Positions 59,860-64,000 of a stretch of DNA of 64,000 nt are shown here, piece after piece. The DNA comes from Macrostomum lignano. Taxonomy: Eukaryota. The notes below the pieces were generated by a model. The model had not been told where the DNA came from. It did not search any database and saw nothing but the letters and a program-made list of their open reading frames with translations. The stretch covers positions 60,593-124,592 of the forward strand of contig NIVC01003027.1 of assembly GCA_002269645.1 (NCBI GenBank), in the 5' to 3' direction. How positions within the stretch are numbered: position 1 is the first letter of the stretch; each line of letters begins with the position of its first letter. The position numbers and the translations under genes are program-made.

Positions 59860-61047
59860 TTTTTGTTAAACCGTGAAAGCAAAAGTTCTCTTGCTCTTTT
59901 ATCGATATATTTTCTCTCAAGCATTTTGTCCAGGATGTTGACAAATTCTTTTCTATTCTCGTCTTTCATTCCGGTCTTTGCCGCTCCTAGAAGAACAGCT
60001 AACCGCTTGTAGAATTCAGGCATGCCTTTTCCGGAAGAGCTTGGAGGTGATTCGAATGATTGGTCAGAGGAGGAACTGTCATGTGGCGCTTGTCTTTGTT
60101 GAGGTGTGAATACTCTGTCATTGATTCGCTTCATTCGTTCTGGGGAGACTGCTCTAATTGTCGCCAGTATCTGGCGCTGGTTTCTGTACTGGGAAATCTC
60201 ATTTGGCCCTGCTTTTTCAAGCGCTTCTAGTACTTGTTCGGGTGTGATTTGTTGCTGTGGCGGTGGAGGTTGTTGTGGTTGTGTGGTTGTGTTTGTGGTT
60301 GCTGCTGTTGTGGTTGTTGTAGTTGTTGTTGTGTTTTGTTTTGGTTGCTGCTGTTGTTGTGGTTGTTGTCTTATGACCTCTTCTTGATCTGGCAAACCAA
60401 ACCATTGTTTAAAGTATTTGTATTTTCTAAACCTGTTCAAGTCAATCCTGTTTTCATGTAAAACTTTCAAAACACCGTTGTTCTTGAGAATGTCTATATC
60501 CCTCTCTAAAGCGAAGGTAACAAGATCTTTGTAATTTCTTTAATTGCTTTTCGGACGTTTTCTCTGATTTTTAGTCATGTATCAAGTAAACTTTGAGTGT
60601 AGGATTCTTTAGTTTCTGCACCTTTATTGATTGAAATAGTTTCCTTCGTCACTTCAATGTTGTAATCCACCGGTTCCTTGGTAATTTTTTTCGCCAGGCG
60701 CTAATTCCAAAATATATATTTTCCATCACCATTACGGGGCCAAAAAAGTTATCCGTCACTTTCATCTGCACTGGTTGTCCTGGTTGCTGAGCCTGTGGTT
60801 GTTCCGGTGAAGATGGGATTTTACCCAATGTGTTTTGCAACTGGCTCTCTTGAATATCATCAATTGTTTCCTTCACAGTGTCGATGTTTTTCTTCGCTTC
60901 TGTGTATCCAGGTTTGTGAAATTCGGTGGCTGCTTGGACGAATTCATTGTAAGATTGTTGTTCTTTGTTGATTAGTCCGGTAACTCGTTTCTCTGCTTGC
61001 GCCAGCTTTTCTAGTTCAGAGATATGATATGAACTTTTCCGCTTCAT
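59860..61047 (-). CDS. conserved Polinton hypothetical protein with Gln/Thr-rich insert (several frameshifts)
   Basis: N-terminal coiled coil (AATEFHKPG), central NYKDLV...KYKYFK and C-terminal GKGMPEFYKRLAVLLGAAKTG...EFVNILDKML, resembling the L.RL.LL.AS..AGN...E...I.D.L motif of Polinton proteins. Confidence 0.55.
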
Positions 61048-61077
61048 TTCTTATTTTATTTTATTTTTAGTTAAAAA

Positions 61078-62360
61078 ATGAACGACCCACTGACACCAGT
61101 TTTCTACAAATTAACAAGCCTATTTTGAGTGATGATAGCACAATCAAAGCGACTCACAAAGAGTTCCGAGTCACGAAAATCAGAATGAAACTAATCTTGG
61201 TCCTGGTCAAACACTGACGTTTACATACAATGGATGTTCGTCTCTGGTTAGTGTGCACAGTCTTAAGAGCGGCTTCCATATGACATTTCAATTCAAGACA
61301 AAAGGTGGTGCGGATGCGGCTCGTGCTAACGTTGACAAGCATGATGCGGATGTGGCTCTGATCAGTAACTTTTGGGCGTACATGTTCAAGGAGTTTAGTG
61401 TATCGAATGGGAGCACAGAGTTGGAGCGAATCGCCAACTTTGGAATTGTCTATGACGCTCATTGTTTGATCGAGAATCCTGATTTTATTCAGTTGGGAAG
61501 TGGTGCGGGTTTTATTGCAGATGAAAAAGAAGGAGACATCAATGACAGTGGCTATAAAAAGAGGAAGAAGAGATACAACTATGCATTGCAAGGTGCTGAT
61601 GATGCTGCTAAGAACCCGCAGTATCGGTCTGTTGATGTATTTGTACCATTGAGATTCATGAGTGGATTCTGTAATACATTTAATCGACTGACTAGTAACT
61701 TTAGCTACACCTTTAGGATGACTAGAGATGATCGCAGTAGAGTGTTGTGGACTGGGCGGATCACACAAGGATGGAGGTGAAGCTAACCGGAATCGAGCTG
61801 TATTTGGAAGTCATTGAGCCAAAGACTGCACTAAAAGCAGACTATCTTAAGGCAATAGAGAAGGACATTGATGTTGCATACACAGCCTACATGTGTCGAG
61901 ATGAGCGAAACGAAACTAGAACAAACATCTGCATTAAAGAGGGATCATGCAGCAATCCAAGGTATATCATTATTACATATGAGAAACCCAAATAGCATTA
62001 TACGCTACATGCATGGAGACGTGCGGTCCATTCAGCATGAAATCAGTGATAATCTTTACCCTGCACTGCCACAAAATGGAGATTTCAGTCAGAACAAGAT
62101 TAGCAAATTTTACAGCGAGTTAGTCGACTTGGCTGTGAAAGAGAACAATGGAATTGCTATCACTGCTCTTCAATATGGAACTCTATATCCGATGTTTGGA
62201 GCTGATGTGTCTGCCAGACAAATGCCTACTGATAACAGCCCTGTGAATATCGTGACTAACATTGAAGGACTGTCGCAACACCCGTGGACCTGTACATTAT
62301 CTATGCATTTGAGAGGAAGGTGAAGCTTAACATGATCAACAATTCATCCAGTAAAGTTAA
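61078..62360 (+). CDS. double jelly-roll major capsid protein (hexon/PY), frameshifted; end approximate
   Basis: Segments ALISNFWAYMFKEF, VFVPLRFMSGFCNTFNR, VKLTGIELYLEVIEP, NPRYIIIT and YGTLYPMFGADVS occur in the order of Polinton MCP motifs. Confidence 0.88.
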
Positions 62361-62380
62361 ATATTTTTTTATGTGAAAAA

Positions 62381-63232
62381 ATGGAAGCGATTGCTGAAAG
62401 ACTAAATAATGTTTCGCACTCTAAGGAGAGCATTCCTATTACAATAACTGGGCGAATTAATGACTCAAACGGGATATTTGTTCAAAAATTAGAGCAAGCG
62501 ATTCGCTGGATCCAGGCGCTAATTACCATGTCTATCTTAACGACTTCACCGGTTGGTCAAACGTTCCCAATGTGTCGGCAGCAAATAATAAGTTTTATTA
62601 CAAATGGAAAGGTGAAGCAGAACTGTGGTATTCCATGTGAGCACGCAAAGTGTGGATACTCACAATTACTTTCTAGAAAACGTCTTTACTAAAAGAGGCC
62701 ATTTTGAGACACCTGATGAGTAAGCCAGATAAAAAATTGTTCCCTGTCAAACTACCTATGATCTCACTGTAATGAGAGTGGTCATGCAAGTTCACAAAGA
62801 TGCGGAGTTGAGTTTAAAGATGACACTTGGTATAGGGAATTGGATTCGTGAAGAAAGTTTATAAGGCAGAATCCACAGCGCGGACTGTCACTCAAGCGAC
62901 GGGGGCCGTTTAGCATGGCCCGGGAAAGTGTACGCGGTTTGTTCTTAGCACCCAATATAGCAGACATTGTAAAGGGTTTGAATATTCTAATCAGAACTAA
63001 TCTCAGTCTTGATTGGGTATTTAAGGAAAGCGAACGAATATTTTGTGTACAACATCTCCAACTCTGTTGCTGGAGGACAGATGGTGGTAGAGAAACCAAA
63101 TCCAGTGAAAAGAGTTGTATTGAGTAATAAGGAGATTCACGAGATTGTGCTACAGTTTGAGACTGAAGATGGGTAGGTGTTGATTTCAACGGTGAAGAGT
63201 TTGTATTGACGTTGATCATTGAGAGAATGTGA
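62381..63232 (+). CDS. single jelly-roll minor capsid protein (penton/PX), frameshifted
   Basis: Joined frames give IRLDPGANYHVYLNDFTGWSNVPNVSAANNKFYY ... NILIRTNL ... VEKPNPVKRV...IHEIVLQFETEDG.VDFNGEEFVLTLIIERM*. Confidence 0.85.
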
Positions 63233-63442
63233 GAAATCACAATTGCTTAATGATTTCTGCAAAGTTATAGTAGCTGTCGTAATCGTTTAATGATTACTCC
63301 ATACTTATGAAACCAGTGTCTTTGGAGAGCTAGATTAATATTAGGGACATTGATATCAACGTTGGGCCAATATTTTCTCATGTACTCGCTGCATTCAAGT
63401 TTGATTGGTACTTGGATTTGTAATTAGGCTCGTGCCGCTTTG

Positions 63443-64000
63443 TAATAAGAACCTGGAGAGACAACTGGAAACATTTTTTAGAGAAAATTTAATTTTTTTT
63501 CAAAGGTAAGGACCCTGGGTTAGGGGATTTAAAGTTTTAGGGATGTGGTAGCACGTTGCAAATTGAATGTGCGGGAGAAGAATGCAGATTATTTCTGATT
63601 GTTTCTGGTGGATGTTAGTGGATTATGTCAGTGTCAGTGAGTATAACAGGTGTTAGTGGACATCTGTTATGCACTGATTCTGTCAGGGATAATATGGATG
63701 GATTAATACGATTATGTCGAAGTTTTCGGAGCAAGTGCGACCCCTCCACTTTTTCATGATTCTGTCGGGGATAATATGGATGGATTTAGGTGAATTATGG
63801 AGGATGTTTTGTGAGCGAGTGCGACCCCCCTTTTTTTCTGATTCTGTCAGGGATAATATGGATGGATTTAATGGGATTATGTTCGAAGTTTTTGGAGTAA
63901 GTGCGACCCCCCCTTTTTTCTGATTCTGTCAGGGATAATATGGATGGATTTAGGTGGATTATGGAGGACGTGAAAAATTTTGCTCCCAGAAGCCCCCTCA
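63443..64000 (-). repeat. right terminal inverted repeat (truncated by the window edge)
   Basis: Reverse complement of 47948-48499. Confidence 0.95.

Larger units (their letters stand above)
47937..64000. mobile_element. endogenous Polinton/Maverick (adintovirus-type) element, ~16.1 kb, near full length
   Basis: Long TIRs enclosing integrase, pPolB, protease, packaging ATPase, major and minor capsid genes. The right TIR runs to the window edge. The left terminus at AGTAG (47937) is inferred; homology with the right TIR is seen from 47948. Confidence 0.96.

Overview
Animal (invertebrate) genomic DNA. GC-rich exons, introns packed with minisatellites and TTAGGG tracts would fit a free-living flatworm such as Macrostomum, but the host identity is only an inference. 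The left 47.9 kb is host sequence with four genes. (1) An HMG20-like HMG-box gene with Gln-rich repeats (+). (2) A small orphan ORF (+). (3) A complete 7-exon calaxin/EFCAB1 gene (-). (4) A 6-exon, ~1171-aa ZAP/PARP12-like gene (-) with three tandem four-CCCH modules and a ZnF5-WWE-WWE module but no visible PARP domain. Between these lie minisatellites, hAT MITEs with 8-bp TSDs, a tRNA-derived SINE, a 2.2-kb solo LTR, Helitron-like copies and other non-autonomous transposons. The right 16 kb (~47937-64000) is an essentially complete endogenous Polinton/Maverick (adintovirus-type) genome between ~550-bp terminal inverted repeats. It encodes a DDE integrase, pPolB, adenain-like protease, A32/FtsK packaging ATPase, major and minor capsid proteins, a parvovirus-type PLA2, an adenovirus pX-like protein, a GasderminX-like membrane protein and several unknown ORFs. 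Most viral genes are broken by single-base deletions, often in homopolymers, while host genes are clean, so the provirus may really be intact. Most long ORFs in the supplied track over the host region are artefacts of tandem repeats. No database search was run; all family assignments come from motif recognition by eye.
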